Position numbers and translations under genes: made by a program. Under the pieces are notes generated by a model. The model was not told the origin of the DNA. It worked only from the letters and a program-made list of their open reading frames with translations, and ran no database searches. Below are positions 43,535-56,929 of a stretch of DNA of 64,000 nucleotides, piece after piece; positions within the stretch are counted from its first letter, which is position 1, and the number at the start of each line of letters is the position of its first letter. Origin of the DNA: Eledone cirrhosa. Lineage: Eukaryota. The stretch lies in the NCBI GenBank assembly GCA_964016885.1, contig OZ024757.1, positions 41,478,001 through 41,542,000 on the forward strand. Reading direction: 5' to 3'.

Positions 43535-44397
43535 AATACTCATGTGCATATATACACATATATATGTTATATATGTGCGTATATATGTATATATATATAT
43601 ATGTGCGTGTGTACATGTATAAAGTCAAACGTCTGTGTGTGTGTGTGTGTGTGTGTATTCATATATAAACTCAAACATATGTGTGTGTGTGTACATGTAT
43701 AAACTCAAACATATATATATATACACACAGTTAAGTTGATTGTACTAAATGCCGTATGTGATAAATATTTAATTTATTCAAATATTAGATTTATCAAAGA
43801 GGGAGGGAAAACTAAAATATAAACATAGCGTTAAATGTCAATATTTAACACCCCAGAAAGAGGAAGGGAGATAATTTTAACAAATTAAGCATGAATTCAT
43901 GTCTGAATTAACATTCAGAAGGTAAAGTAGAGATCGATGGTTGTTTCAGAGTCAAAACTATGGACTCTTATTCTTTGTTAGACATCAGAGAGTACCCAGG
44001 TATTGTTGTCTTGTGAGTTTACATCAAGGGCCTACTGTCATGTGTGGGACGGGTCTGATTGTCTTTAAACTGAGTCCATTGTGAAGATCACACCATTATC
44101 TTCCTTTAGAAGGGAAACTCAGGCAGATTTTATCTACCTGATGGCCATGCTGAAAAATGGTGGATGTATTTGAAGTGGTTGAAGAAAAGCACTTCAATCT
44201 TTGGTAAATGTATACATCATCATCATCATCACCATCATCGTTTAACATCCATCTTCCACGCTAGCATGGGTTAGACGGTTTTGTTCCATTTGATGTGGGA
44301 ATGGTCGGGAGACCATGTATCGCTCACATGGAAGTGTCTCTGGCATATATATGTATATATATATATATACATTTGTATATATATGTATACATATGTG

Positions 44398-44450
<53 letters not shown>

Positions 44451-44811
44451 TACATGTCGGTCAAAATATCTCCCCGAGGATTGAAATGAACCTAAAACAA
44501 TTATCTATCTATCTGTCTACCTACCTGTCTATCGCTCTTTCCCTATATATATTTATATATATGTGTGTATGTATGTGTGTATGTATGAGTGTATGTGTGT
44601 GCTGGTCTTTGTGTGTGTAGATGTAAATTTGTGCACGCGTAAGTTTTCAGAGGTGAAACCAGAAAGAAAATAATGCCAATAAATATAAAACCAAAAACAT
44701 AACCCCACCACCACCAAAAACATAACCAAACCACCACCACCACCAAAAACATAACCCACCACCACCACCAAAAACATAACCCCACCACCACCACCACCAC
44801 CAAAAACAAAA

Positions 44812-44870
44812 TTCACCAATTCAGCAGAAAACATCAGTAATTCCTGTCTGTTTTCTGCTGAATTGGTGAA
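44812..44870. ncRNA. Pre-miRNA-like hairpin (candidate)
   Basis: TTCACCAATTCAGCAGAAAACA and TGTTTTCTGCTGAATTGGTGAA form a perfect 22-bp stem with a 15-nt loop. Confidence 0.35.
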
Positions 44871-45272
44871 ATGTTTTACATAAATATCTGGCTGCAATTC
44901 TACAAGTCCCCATACAATTAAATACTTTTGGAGAATGGAGGAGACTTTCAGTGCCAAACCGTTCTAACTTATCTCATTTGTTATTCACAAATTGATTCCC
45001 CCACACACACATACACACACATATATATTTTTGTGCATGTGCGTATGTATATATATATATATCATCATCATCATCCTCATCATGCTGGTGTTAGGAAGGG
45101 CATCCAACTGCTGCCAAAAACTATGAGCACAACAAATGAGAATATATATATATAGTAAGGGGTAAACTAAACAGGGGTGTGTGGACCACATTATGGTCTG
45201 GCGTCGGTTGTAAAGTAGATAAAAGGGAGTGCTCAATGACCTGTATAAAGGTGCAAGATATAGTAATTTATA

Positions 45273-45452
45273 GGCAGTGGATTGGCAGTATCAGTAGAGA
45301 GTCGGACACCATCTTTGCAGCATAAAGTTACGGCCCTTTATGATCTGAGTTCAAATCTCGCCGAGGTTAACTTTGCCTTTCATCCTTATGGGGTCGATAA
45401 AATAAAGTACCAGTAATGCACTGGGGTAATTGCTGGCCTTGTGCCAAAAGTA
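45273..45452 (+). mobile_element. SINE S1 full copy
   Basis: Close match to 128-312. Confidence 0.85.
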
Positions 45453-45968
45453 TACAAAATTGAAGATAGCGAGTTTGGCTTTTATACTAACCTCCCTTCT
45501 TCTGAATATTTTATTTCATATTTTTTTCCTTATTTCACTTCTAATGAGGCATTGCTTCCTTTTACATACATGTTCTTATAATACATTCTTTTTGTAAATA
45601 CGTACTTTTAAAGGTATCTCATAAACTTATAGATGGGCCTGAAGATTAGGTCACAATTTTGATCCCTCTGGAGTTATGGTCAGTATTAGGACTTGAAACC
45701 TTAGGTAGGGCTTTTGTTCCATGTATGAACATAAATACATGATATAATATATTTGCTCTCTTCCTGATTCAGCACTCTTTTCCTTTTTCACACCTACGAA
45801 TATTACTACACATATATATATATATTTATTTATTTATTTATTTATGAGAATATGTGCATACATAGATATTTGTGTTTGTCTATATATATATATATATATA
45901 ATTATATTTGTGTTTCATCATCATCATCTTCGTTTAACATCCATCTTCCACGCTAGCATGGGTTAGAC

Positions 45969-45999
<31 letters not shown>

Positions 46000-46004
<5 letters not shown>

Positions 46005-46063
46005 TTCTACTGAACTAGAACAGTTTTATTCGAATAAAACAGATCTAGTCCTGTAAAAGCCAT
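46000..46063. mobile_element. 64-bp palindromic mini-element (copy 1)
   Basis: ATGGCTTCTAC...GTTTTATTCGAATAAAAC...GTAAAAGCCAT; second copy at 48629. Confidence 0.65.
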
Positions 46064-46694
46064 TTCTATATTAGATGTTTGTATATATATATGTGTGCGT
46101 ATGTGTGTGTGTATACATAGATATTTGTTTGTGTGTATGTGTGTTTATGTGATATTTTTTTTGTATTTTTTGTTAAATAAAAATATTTCCAAAGCAACAA
46201 CATCCTGTTTTTATTTAGTAATGCAATAAAATCTGAACTGTAGCCTTGATAGTAGGTTGCAAATTTGCGAATTTGTAAGAGTGGGCTATAATTGTTTCTA
46301 ATGGATAAATTTTTTAAAATCATACCAAACCTCACGAGAAATCTAAAACAATATATAACAGCTTTGAAAAGCTGCATGAAATTAAATTATTGTAAAAATA
46401 CCATAATCTTTAAACTAAGTTATATATATACGGTATAACATACGCAATACTAATAAATTATATTAGCTAAATTGATGTATAATAAATATCATAGGTTATA
46501 TGATATGTGCTTCACTTATAGAAAGTTATATTGTTAAGTTTGGGAAACGACCAGATTTTTGATTTGTACACTACACAAGCAATAGAAAATATTGTTGTAT
46601 TTTACACAAACACACTCACACACATATATACACATACATGTACACTCTTTCTCACTATTTCCGTATTCATATATATATATACACAAACACACAC

Positions 46695-46739
<45 letters not shown>

Positions 46740-47297
46740 CAGGGTTGGACAAAATAATGGAAACACCTAGTATCATAATTTTGAAATATCTATAAAACCG
46801 TCAAAAGCTTGTTTATTTTTATGTTTTTTGATTTATTATTAGTGTTGCTTAATATGTTTTGTTAAAATTGCTGTTTCTTTTCAGATATCATTAGAAAAAG
46901 GTAATTAAAATTCATTAAAATTACAGATCTATCGGACTTTCAAAGAGGTCAAATTGTTGGTGCTCGTATTGTAGGCACTAGCGTAACAAAAACAGCCGAA
47001 ATGTTTGGTGTATCAAGAGGTACTGACTTGAAAGTAATGCCAGCCTTTGAGAAAGAGGGAAAAACCTCTTCGTTGAAACAAAACTCTGGAAGAAAACCAA
47101 AACTTTCAGATAGGGACCGTCAGACTCTTACGCGAATTGTTAGAAAGGATCACAAAAGTATAGCTCCCAAAATTACTGCAGAGCTTAATGACCACCTCGA
47201 GAACAATAAAAATAAACAAGCTTTTGACGGTTTTATAGATATTTCAAAATTATGATGCCATGATGCTAGGTGTATTAATTATTTTGTCCAACCCCTG
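46740..47297 (+). mobile_element. Non-autonomous, internally deleted Tc1/mariner transposon
   Basis: ~80-90-bp TIRs starting CAGGGTTGGACAAAATAAT, TA on both flanks; encodes the Tc1-type N-terminal HTH region (DLSDFQRGQIVGAR...AEMFGVSRGT...SGRKPKLSDRDRQTLTRIVRK) but no DDE domain. Confidence 0.92.
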
Positions 47298-47369
47298 TAT
47301 ATGTGTGTGTGTATATATATATATGTAGGAGGTGAGTAATATTGTAGAACATTAAAACTATGCATATAT

Positions 47370-47695
47370 CAGATAAGTAGCACTCAACAGTTGGTAGAAC
47401 TGGAGTATATATAAAAAAAGAAATTAAAAGATAGTTTAAAAAGTTCCATATATTTTATTATGCGCATTTCGAAAACATCATCCTGGGACAAAAATTGTGT
47501 TCTCATCAGATAAAATAAGGTAACATGATACGATGCCTAATGACAAAAATATAAGAGAAGAGAAAAAATATAGTAAAAATGAAGAAAAAGAAAGGAAAAA
47601 GAAATAGAGAGGAAAAAAGAAAGAAAGAAGGAGGAAAGAGAGAGAGATAGTTTTGATGGGGAACGCTGTCAAAAATGAAAAAACAACCGTTCACC
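47370..47695 (-). mobile_element. Penelope-like pseudo-LTR (family H1), left arm of an inverted pair
   Basis: Reverse complement of ~48228-48740; carries a hammerhead. Confidence 0.6.
47451..47517 (-). ncRNA. Minimal type-I hammerhead ribozyme motif (family H1)
   Basis: TATTTTAT-CTGATGA-GAACACA..TGTTTTC-GAAA-TGCGCA-TA-ATAAAATA: perfect 8-bp helix I and palindromic helix III. Confidence 0.78.
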
Positions 47696-48161
47696 TTCTT
47701 TCTCTATTGACGTAAATTTTTTCGTTCAAATCATTGTGGATTTTGGAAACAAAGTATGACGTCATATGGCTTTCTACGTTTATAAACCTTTCTAGCAATT
47801 TCCTTTATTTGTTGATATGAAATAATAATCAAATACTATACCCCACATATATAAAATTTTTAATTTTGACATAGATAGACTATTTTTATTCTAGTCTATC
47901 TTATTTTATTTTATTTTATTTTATTTTATTTTTAAAAAAAACTCTTTTTTTATAATTATTATTATTATTTTTAATTTAATTTTTATTTTATTTTATTTTA
48001 TTTTATTTTATTTTATTTTATTTTATTTCATTTTATTTTATTAATATATTTTTACACTTATTAATCCAATTTTTAGTATTCAAACTCAATATTAAATAAT
48101 ATACCCAGTTTCTATATTCTAGTCCACTAATATTTGTAATATTAGCACATTCACCTCATCA

Positions 48162-48192
<31 letters not shown>

Positions 48193-48477
48193 ATTATTTT
48201 TATTATTTTTTTTTAGCCGTTATTCACAGCTGTTTTTTTCCTTTTTGACAGCATTCCACATCAAAAATCTCTCTCTCTCTCTTTCTCTCTCCTCCTTTTT
48301 TTCTTTCTTTTTTCCTCTCTTCTATTTCTTTTTTCCTCTCTTCTATTTCTTTTTCCTTTTTCCTTCTTCTTTCCTTTTCATTTTTTCCTATTTTTTCTCT
48401 TCTCTTATATTTTTGTCATATGTTGACTGGACACTTTCTTGTTCACAAGTGTTTTTAGGCCTCATATCATGTTACCT

Positions 48478-48547
48478 TATTTTATCTGATGAGAACACAA
48501 TATTTGTCCCAGGATGATGTTGTTTTCGAAATGCGCATAACAAAATA
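48478..48547 (+). ncRNA. Minimal type-I hammerhead ribozyme motif (family H1)
   Basis: TATTTTAT-CTGATGA-GAACACAA..TTGTTTTC-GAAA-TGCGCA-TA-ACAAAATA. Confidence 0.75.
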
Positions 48548-48580
48548 TATTGAACTTTTTTAACCATCTTTTAATTTCTT

Positions 48581-48628
<48 letters not shown>

Positions 48629-48630
<2 letters not shown>

Positions 48631-48692
48631 GGCTTCTACTGAACTAGAACAGTTTTATTCAAATGAAACAGAACTAGTCCTGTAGAAGCCAT
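48629..48692. mobile_element. 64-bp palindromic mini-element (copy 2)
   Basis: ATGGCTTCTAC...GTAGAAGCCAT (11-bp perfect terminal IR), preceded by (TA)n. Confidence 0.65.
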
Positions 48693-48975
48693 TTCTATAT
48701 TAAATATTTATACTCTGCTTTGTATTGAGTAGCTTACTTGCTGTGGTTACCCCCGATTGAACCCGGGATATATATATATATATATATGTATGTATATGTG
48801 TGTGTATACATATCTGTCACTCTTTTTACTTATTTTCTCTTCATCACTCTCTCTATCCCTCTCTTTCTCTCAATATATATATGTGTGTATGAAAAAGTTA
48901 TCGGAAACAACAAAGCAAACAACACAGTACGGTGAAGAAACTTATTAGTTTAACACTTGATATAATAGGAAAAAA

Positions 48976-49015
<40 letters not shown>

Positions 49016-49487
49016 TAAAATAACAGATTAAAGTTTAAGCAAAGAATCGCTGCTTTCACCCTTATCGAGCCCTCTTTAGATTTTAGTCTTCAAATTTATT
49101 ATTATTACTATATATATATATATAATCATCGTCATCATTTTAATGTCCACTTTCCTTGCTAGCAAGGGTTGGACATGTCTATATAGACCAAGTCAGTACT
49201 GAAGCTGCGCTACTGACCAGAACAGGGATCTGTATTTCGTGTACATAGTCTCACAGTTTACCGAATAGACAGGAACTCTCGCTGAGTTCCTGTCACAGAG
49301 CTTGTTATTCTTATATTCTTGCTAACCCCAGTTTTAACTCAAATGTACTCTCAATTGTATTAACCCATGTCATGGCCCCTTGACTTTTTGGTATATCATC
49401 ACTCCCTTTAATATTCCACCCCACTACAGCTGACAACCGTGATATTTCTCCCACCCGTCCCCTCAATCTATCTTATTTCTCATTCTT

Positions 49488-49523
49488 TCTTCTGATGAAG
49501 GACTAGCGTCTGAAACGTAAGGA
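49488..49523 (+). ncRNA. Minimal hammerhead ribozyme motif (family H2)
   Basis: TCTT-CTGATGA-A-GGAC-TAGC-GTCT-GAAA-CGTA-AGGA; GUA triplet; differences from the 18500 copy give G-U pairs. Confidence 0.72.
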
Positions 49524-49690
49524 CCCTCTTCCTGCTATATCAAGTGTTAAACTAATATATCCCTTCCATATACTGTACTGATTGTTTTGTTATTTCTGTT
49601 TACCTTTTACACACATGCACATATATATATATACACATGTATATATATATATACACACATGTATATATATGTATATATATATATACACAC

Positions 49691-49730
<40 letters not shown>

Positions 49731-50586
49731 GTATATATATATATATATATATATACACATGTATATATATATATATGATGATATATATATATATATATAT
49801 ATATATCATTATAAATATATATATATGACATATATATATATATGACATATATATATATATATGATGATATATATATATATATATCATTATAAATATATAT
49901 ATATGACATATATATATATATGACATATATATATATATATGACATATGTATATATATATATATGTGACATATGTATATATATATATATATATAAGACATA
50001 TATATAATACATATATTACATGTATTTTTAAAACAGATTTAGTGAAACATGTGAGGGGGAGAAAAAATAAAAATAAAACGTACATATTCATCATTTTAAC
50101 AAAATTCTCTTTAATCTTTTAGAACCAACTAAAATCAAAATTTCTCATTCAATAAAGAACGTAATCACTTAAAGACGCCTTAATTCTTTTTATAGGAAAA
50201 AGAAAAGAAAAAAAAAGGTAAATTCTTTTGAATTTCTTTCTTAATTTTTCTTACTATCATTTTTCATTCTGCAAAAAGAAAAAAATATAAACAAAAAAAA
50301 ACGTAAAAATAAAAATAACAGAAAGTTACAAATAGCAAGCAAAAAATATTTGATAAAAAAAAATTAATTTTTAATTAAATTCTGTTAATAATTAATAGAT
50401 TTTCAAAGAAGTGATGCAATTTATTTTTTGATTATGAAAATTACAAAAGGAGCATAAAAGAAAAGGAGGGGAAAAAGTTTGTGTCATAGAAATTGTAGTT
50501 TAATGACCCTAAATGTAGCTCCCACCCCTCAACACACATGTATACACACTTTCTACATATATCGTATATCTCCCTCCTCACTTGGG

Positions 50587-50635
<49 letters not shown>

Positions 50636-50642
50636 TTATGTA

Positions 50643-50687
<45 letters not shown>

Positions 50688-50932
50688 ATGTTTCTATATA
50701 TATGTATGTGTGTGTTTATATATATATATATGCATATCACATGTATATGGTTATAGATACTGCCACCAGTAAAATAATGAATTATTGTTCCCATTGAAAT
50801 ATATGACGTTTAAACATGTAATCTCCAATATCTGGTGCAAGCTGTGTATATATACATATGTATATACAAATGTATATATACCTATATATATATATAGAAA
50901 TGTATATACACATATATATATATATATGTATG

Positions 50933-51018
<86 letters not shown>

Positions 51019-52094
51019 TGTACATACATATAAATATGATGCAATAGGATTATTAAAGAGACTCAGAAAAAAACAAAACAATGAATGCTAATTAAAATTC
51101 TAAATATATTTCATCTTCTATTTCTAGTATAAATCAATATTTATGTACATGTGTGTATTTGTATGTGTGTGTGTGAGAGAGAGAGTATGTCTGTGTATAT
51201 GTGTTTGTATATGTGTGTGTATGTATGTGTGTTTGTGTGAGTGTGTCTGTGTGAGTGTGTATTTCTGTGTATGTTTCTGTATGTGGGTATTTGTGTGTAT
51301 GTGCGTGTGTGTGTATGTATGTGTATGTGTGAGTGTCTGTGTGTGTATTTCTGTGTGTGTGTGTGTATTTGTGTGTATTTGTGTGTATGTGGGTGTGTGT
51401 GTATGTATGTGTATGTGTGTGTGAGTGTCTGTGTGAGTGTGTATTTCTGTGTGTGTGTATTTGTGTGTATTTGTGGGTGTGTGTGTGTATGTATGTGTAT
51501 GTGTGAGTGTCTGTGTGAGTGTGTATTTCTGTGTATGTGTGTGTGTGTATTTGTGTGTATGTGTATGTGGGTGTGTGTGTGTGTGTGTATCAGCTCTACA
51601 CATGATGTACATAGACATATATTTACACATACGATCTGTATGCCACACACATGTATATAATATATTACTTTACACACACAAACACAAATATATATGCATA
51701 TACATATTACATCATATACATGTATATATATAGTTCATTATATATCTGCACACATAACATATATATATATATATATACTTGTATATCTATTATAACTTTG
51801 TATATAATGTATATGTATTATAACTTTAAACACACATATATGATGATGATGATGATGTATATATTCTATTATGTTACACACACAACAAATGTTGATATTA
51901 TATCCTATACACACATACATATATATAAATATATACACACATATATATACATATTTATATATATATATATACACACACATATATATATGCACACACATAC
52001 ATATATATATACATACACACACACATATATATATATATATCACAAAATACACCCCCGTCCCACCACCCCCACCCCATCCACACCGCCCCTTTCA

Positions 52095-52389
52095 ATGTAA
52101 AGTTATGTTGGTGCCACAACATCCAGGCCGAAACAAATGAGATCGTGTAGGTGTCACGTCAAAAAACACACAGTTCACGCTGTAATGTGGCCGTGTAGGC
52201 AACATGGTAAAAACCTCCCAGCCCCACACTGTAAATGTGGTTGGTGTTAGGAAGGGCATCCAGCTGTAGAAAACCCACCAGATAGTCCTATGCGAGCAAG
52301 ATAATCACTCTTGCCTCAAGTGGGAAAACCCCCGTCCAAACCCATGCAAGCGTGGAACACGGACGTTAAACGTTGATGATGATGATGAT
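52095..52389 (+). mobile_element. RTE-A 3'UTR and tail
   Basis: Reverse complement of 20459-20755; (GAT)n tail into (TA)n. Confidence 0.8.
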
Positions 52390-52727
52390 ATATACATATA
52401 TATATATATATACACACACATATATATGTATATTACATATTACTTTGCACAAATATATACACCTACTGTCATATATACATATTTACTCATATAAACATTA
52501 TATCATACACATGTATATATTTCATTATAGTCTACAAACAGTCTGATAGATACAAACACATATATAAACATTACATTACAACTATGTTGATAGATATATA
52601 CACATGCATAAACATTTTCATTGTACACATGTATATATTATATTACACTAGACATACATATACACATACATGCATATTTACACTTGCAAATAATCTTGAT
52701 CATTTATCAATACATAGTAACATATGC

Positions 52728-52774
<47 letters not shown>

Positions 52775-52776
<2 letters not shown>

Positions 52777-53320
52777 AGAGAGAGACTGAGCATAAGAGGA
52801 ATCAAATGCTGTGTGCAGGAGAGGCGGTTGCGCTGGTATGGACATGTGATGCGTATGAAGGATGACAGCTGCATAAAAAGGTGCAGAGCACTAGAAGTTG
52901 ATGGAAACCGCGGAGTGGGGAGACCCAAGATGATCTGGGATGAGGTGATAAAAGCCGACCTTACCCAATTACACCTCTCAAAGGCAATGTCACATGACCG
53001 TGACTTCTGGCATCATGCAGTAATACAGAGTACCCGACCTCTCATGGGTACAAGCTGAAGCATATAGACAATATGCCCCCACACTCCCCACCGCAAGGTG
53101 GTCGTGGAGGTGTAGGCGCCACGAAAAAGCACCCAGCACTCACTGTAAATGAGGTTGGTGTTAGGAAGGGCATCCAGCTGTAGAAATCAAGCCAAATCAG
53201 TTTCTGTATGAGCAAGGCATGGTCAGCCGACCAGACACTGCCCACAACAGGACAACCCGTCTAACCCATGCTAGCGTGGAAGAACGGACGTAAAACGGTG
53301 ATGATGATGATGATGATGAT
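52775..53320 (+). mobile_element. RTE-clade LINE 3' end (RTE-A)
   Basis: RRLRWYGHVMRM...GNRGVGRPKMIWDEVIKADL...DRDFW (classic RTE C-terminus), 3'UTR and (GAT)n tail; (TA)n on both sides. Confidence 0.92.
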
Positions 53321-53509
53321 ATATATATATATATATAATATTTATTAAAATAACAGATTTGCTCTATGGTTTTTATATATTTGATATGTATTTATCCTTA
53401 TCGAGCACTCTTTGGCTTTTAGTCTTCAAATTTATTATTATTACTATATATATATATATATATATTAAATTCAAATATTAATAAAATAGATGTTCTTGTG
53501 ATCAATTAA

Positions 53510-53575
53510 ATTTTATTATACATATTTCAGAGGTACTTGAATCAGGTTCAACAATACGTCCTCATCAGATAAAAT
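53510..53575 (-). ncRNA. Minimal type-I hammerhead ribozyme motif (family H1)
   Basis: ATTTTAT-CTGATGA-[GGACGTATTGTTGAA-CCTGA-TTCAAGTACCTCT]-GAAA-TATGTA-TA-ATAAAAT. Confidence 0.7.
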
Positions 53576-53697
53576 AAAATGATACCTGACATACCCTGAG
53601 ATGTTAGATGGTTAAGATTTTACTGTAGAGTGCTTCCAATCTACTGTAAAACTCATTTTTTTATGTACTCATTGAATCTTGTTTAACTCTTCAATAA

Positions 53698-53738
<41 letters not shown>

Positions 53739-53794
53739 CTTCATTTTTTAGTTTGTTTAACAAGTTTCTTATCTGAAAAGGTGTGTTGAAACAG

Positions 53795-54151
53795 ATATTG
53801 TTATACTTTGGTAGGGTCATAATAACACTCGCCCCTGTGGTTTTCACTTCAATTTATTATAAATTTCCGGTTGGTTGGCTGGTTGGTTCGATAACCGGAT
53901 GGTTGTTTATATATTTTCAAAGCTCCTTGGTCACACATTCTGTGGCCTCCTCAGTGACTAATTTGTTATTTTGTGTCTCTTTTGTTCTGTCCTATACTAT
54001 ATTATTTTTGTGTGTTGTGAGCTTTGACAATAAATAAACAACCTTCCAGTTATTAAACCTACAAACTGGAAATTTGTTATAAATTGAAGTGGAAACCAAC
54101 AGGTGCATGTGTTTTTATTGGTAGCATGGCCCTTCCAAAGTCTAACAATAT
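53795..54151. mobile_element. MITE with long (~130-bp) imperfect TIRs
   Basis: ATATTGTTATACTTTGGTAGGGTCAT...TCAAAGCTC mirrored by GAGCTTTGA...ATGGCCCTTCCAAAGTCTAACAATAT. Confidence 0.75.
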
Positions 54152-54169
54152 ATATATATATATATATAT

Positions 54170-54450
54170 AACTGTTACTCCATCGGTTACGACAACGAGT
54201 GTTCCAGTTGGTACAATCAATGGAACAGCCTGCTCGTGAAATTAATGTGTGAGTATTCCACAAACACATGTACCCTTTATGTAGTTCTCATGGAGATTCA
54301 GTGTGATGCAGTGTGTGATAAGGCTGGCTCTTCGAATTATAGCTACAACTCATTTTTGACAGGTGAGTGGAAACTGGAGCAACGTGAAATAAAGTGTCTT
54401 GCTCAAGGACACAACGCTCTGCTGGGGATCAAACTTATGTCCTTACAAAG
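54170..54450 (-). mobile_element. SINE S2 copy
   Basis: CTGGAGCAACGTGAAATAAAGTGTCTTGCTCAAGGACACAAC shared (reverse strand) with 18646 and 18400. Confidence 0.75.
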
Positions 54451-54586
54451 CCACATCCCTTCACAGATATATATTTGTGTGTATGAGCGTTTGTGTATGT
54501 GTGTGACTGTGTGTGCATGTGAGTGTGTGTCTGAGTGTGAGTGTCTGTTTCTCTGTGTGTGTGTGCATGTGTGTGTGTGTGTGTGC

Positions 54587-54617
<31 letters not shown>

Positions 54618-55283
54618 TGTGTGAGTGTGTGTGTGTGCATGTATGTGTATGTGTGTGTGCATGTGTGTGTATTCTGAAAGTCTTCAGTGTCGTTGAAGTG
54701 CTTCACCACGACATCATAATAAAAATCTTCATTAGTTTCGATAGCAACGAGCTGGTGGACCTCAGAGACAGAGGTTTCTTACAGCAGCAACAACACCAAC
54801 AACAACAGCAACAATAACACAAGAACCACAACAACAACAGCAACAAACATAACAGCAACAACAGCAAAAACAACAAATGTTTTGACAATTTGCAACTCTA
54901 ATAACACCTCCTCCACCAACACCAACACCACCACCACTATACCTCCACCACCATCACCACCAACACCACCACCACCACCACTACCGTCACCATCACCACC
55001 ACGTACACCACCACCACCATCACAACAATACCATCAATACAACCAGTCCCCTAACCTTTAGCTAGAATAACAATCTCCAAAAATAGATAAACAAATAAAA
55101 TACAATAAAATAAAATAAAATAAAATAATAATCATTGCCATGAAATTTATTTCCCCAATTAAATTAACTAAAAAATTACAATGGCTGCATTTAATGATAT
55201 ATATATATATATATATACACGTATATTTATATATACATATACACACGTATATTTATATATATATATATATATATATACATACA

Positions 55284-55369
<86 letters not shown>

Positions 55370-55460
55370 TATATATATATATACATTTATATACATACAC
55401 ACATACATACATACGTCTATATAAAGAACACAAAACCAACTTGTTGAGTCTATATATATA

Positions 55461-55529
<69 letters not shown>

Positions 55530-55601
55530 TATATATACCAAACCCATGCAAGCGTGGAACACGGACGTTAAACGTTGATGATGATGATGATGATGATGAT
55601 A

Positions 55602-55667
<66 letters not shown>

Positions 55668-55751
55668 TATATATAAAAGATATATATATATATAAAAGAT
55701 ATATATATATATAAAAGATATATATATATATATAAGATATATATATATATA

Positions 55752-55792
<41 letters not shown>

Positions 55793-55811
55793 GTATATAT
55801 ATATATAAGAT

Positions 55812-55877
<66 letters not shown>

Positions 55878-55912
55878 TATATATATATATAAGATATATA
55901 TATATATATATA

Positions 55913-55976
<64 letters not shown>

Positions 55977-56170
55977 ATATATATATATATATATATATAA
56001 GATATATATAAGATATATATATATATATATATAAGATATATATATATATATATATAAGATATATATAAGATATATATATATAAGATATATATATATATAT
56101 ATATATAAGATATATATATATATATATATATATATAAGATATATATATATATATATATAAGATATATATA

Positions 56171-56242
<72 letters not shown>

Positions 56243-56929
56243 ATATATATATAATCTTATCCAAGACAATTTCCCCAGGTGCCACTTTGGTATTATTCCT
56301 TCATATTCTTACATCTTTCTATTTTACCACTTTTTCTTCTTCATCTCTGCAAGTCTTTAACAAATACCTTTTATCAAGACACACCATCCAATCTATTTCA
56401 AACTATTTCCAATTCCACATTTTACACTTTTAGAAATAACTTTTTTTTTTCTTCATAGCCTTCTTCTTCTTTGCCTTTTTCTTTTTCTTTTTCTTTTTCT
56501 TCTTCTTTGCCTTCTTCTTCATCTTCGCCTTCTTCTTTGCTTTCTTCTTCTTGCTTCTCTTTCTTCATCTCCTTCTTCTTTTTTTCTTTTTCTTTCCTTC
56601 TTCTTGTTACTACTACTACTACTACTACCACCACCAGCACCACCAATGCCACTACCACCACTGCCACCACTACTACTACCACCACCAGCACCACTACCAC
56701 CACTACCACCACTACCACCACTACTACTATTACCACCAGCACCACCATCACAACCACTACCACCACCACTACTACTACTGCCACCATCACAACCACTACC
56801 ACCACCACCACCACCAGCACCAATACTACTACTACTACTACTACTACTGGTAGTAAGTTTTAGTTCCTCCCAGGTGTTTATTTCAATTTTACTTTTGAGA
56901 TTCCTTACCAATGTACAGGGTCTCCCTCT

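Larger units (their letters stand above)
48228..48740 (+). mobile_element. Penelope-like pseudo-LTR (family H1), right arm, interrupted by (TA)n and the palindromic mini-element
   Basis: Matches 47370-47695 in the opposite orientation. Confidence 0.6.

Noticed and set aside
49011-53447. Short repeat shared by 49011-49110 and 53341-53447 with a vaguely hammerhead-like minus strand
   Set aside because: Core boxes are degenerate and helix II does not pair; treated as an unclassified repeat fragment
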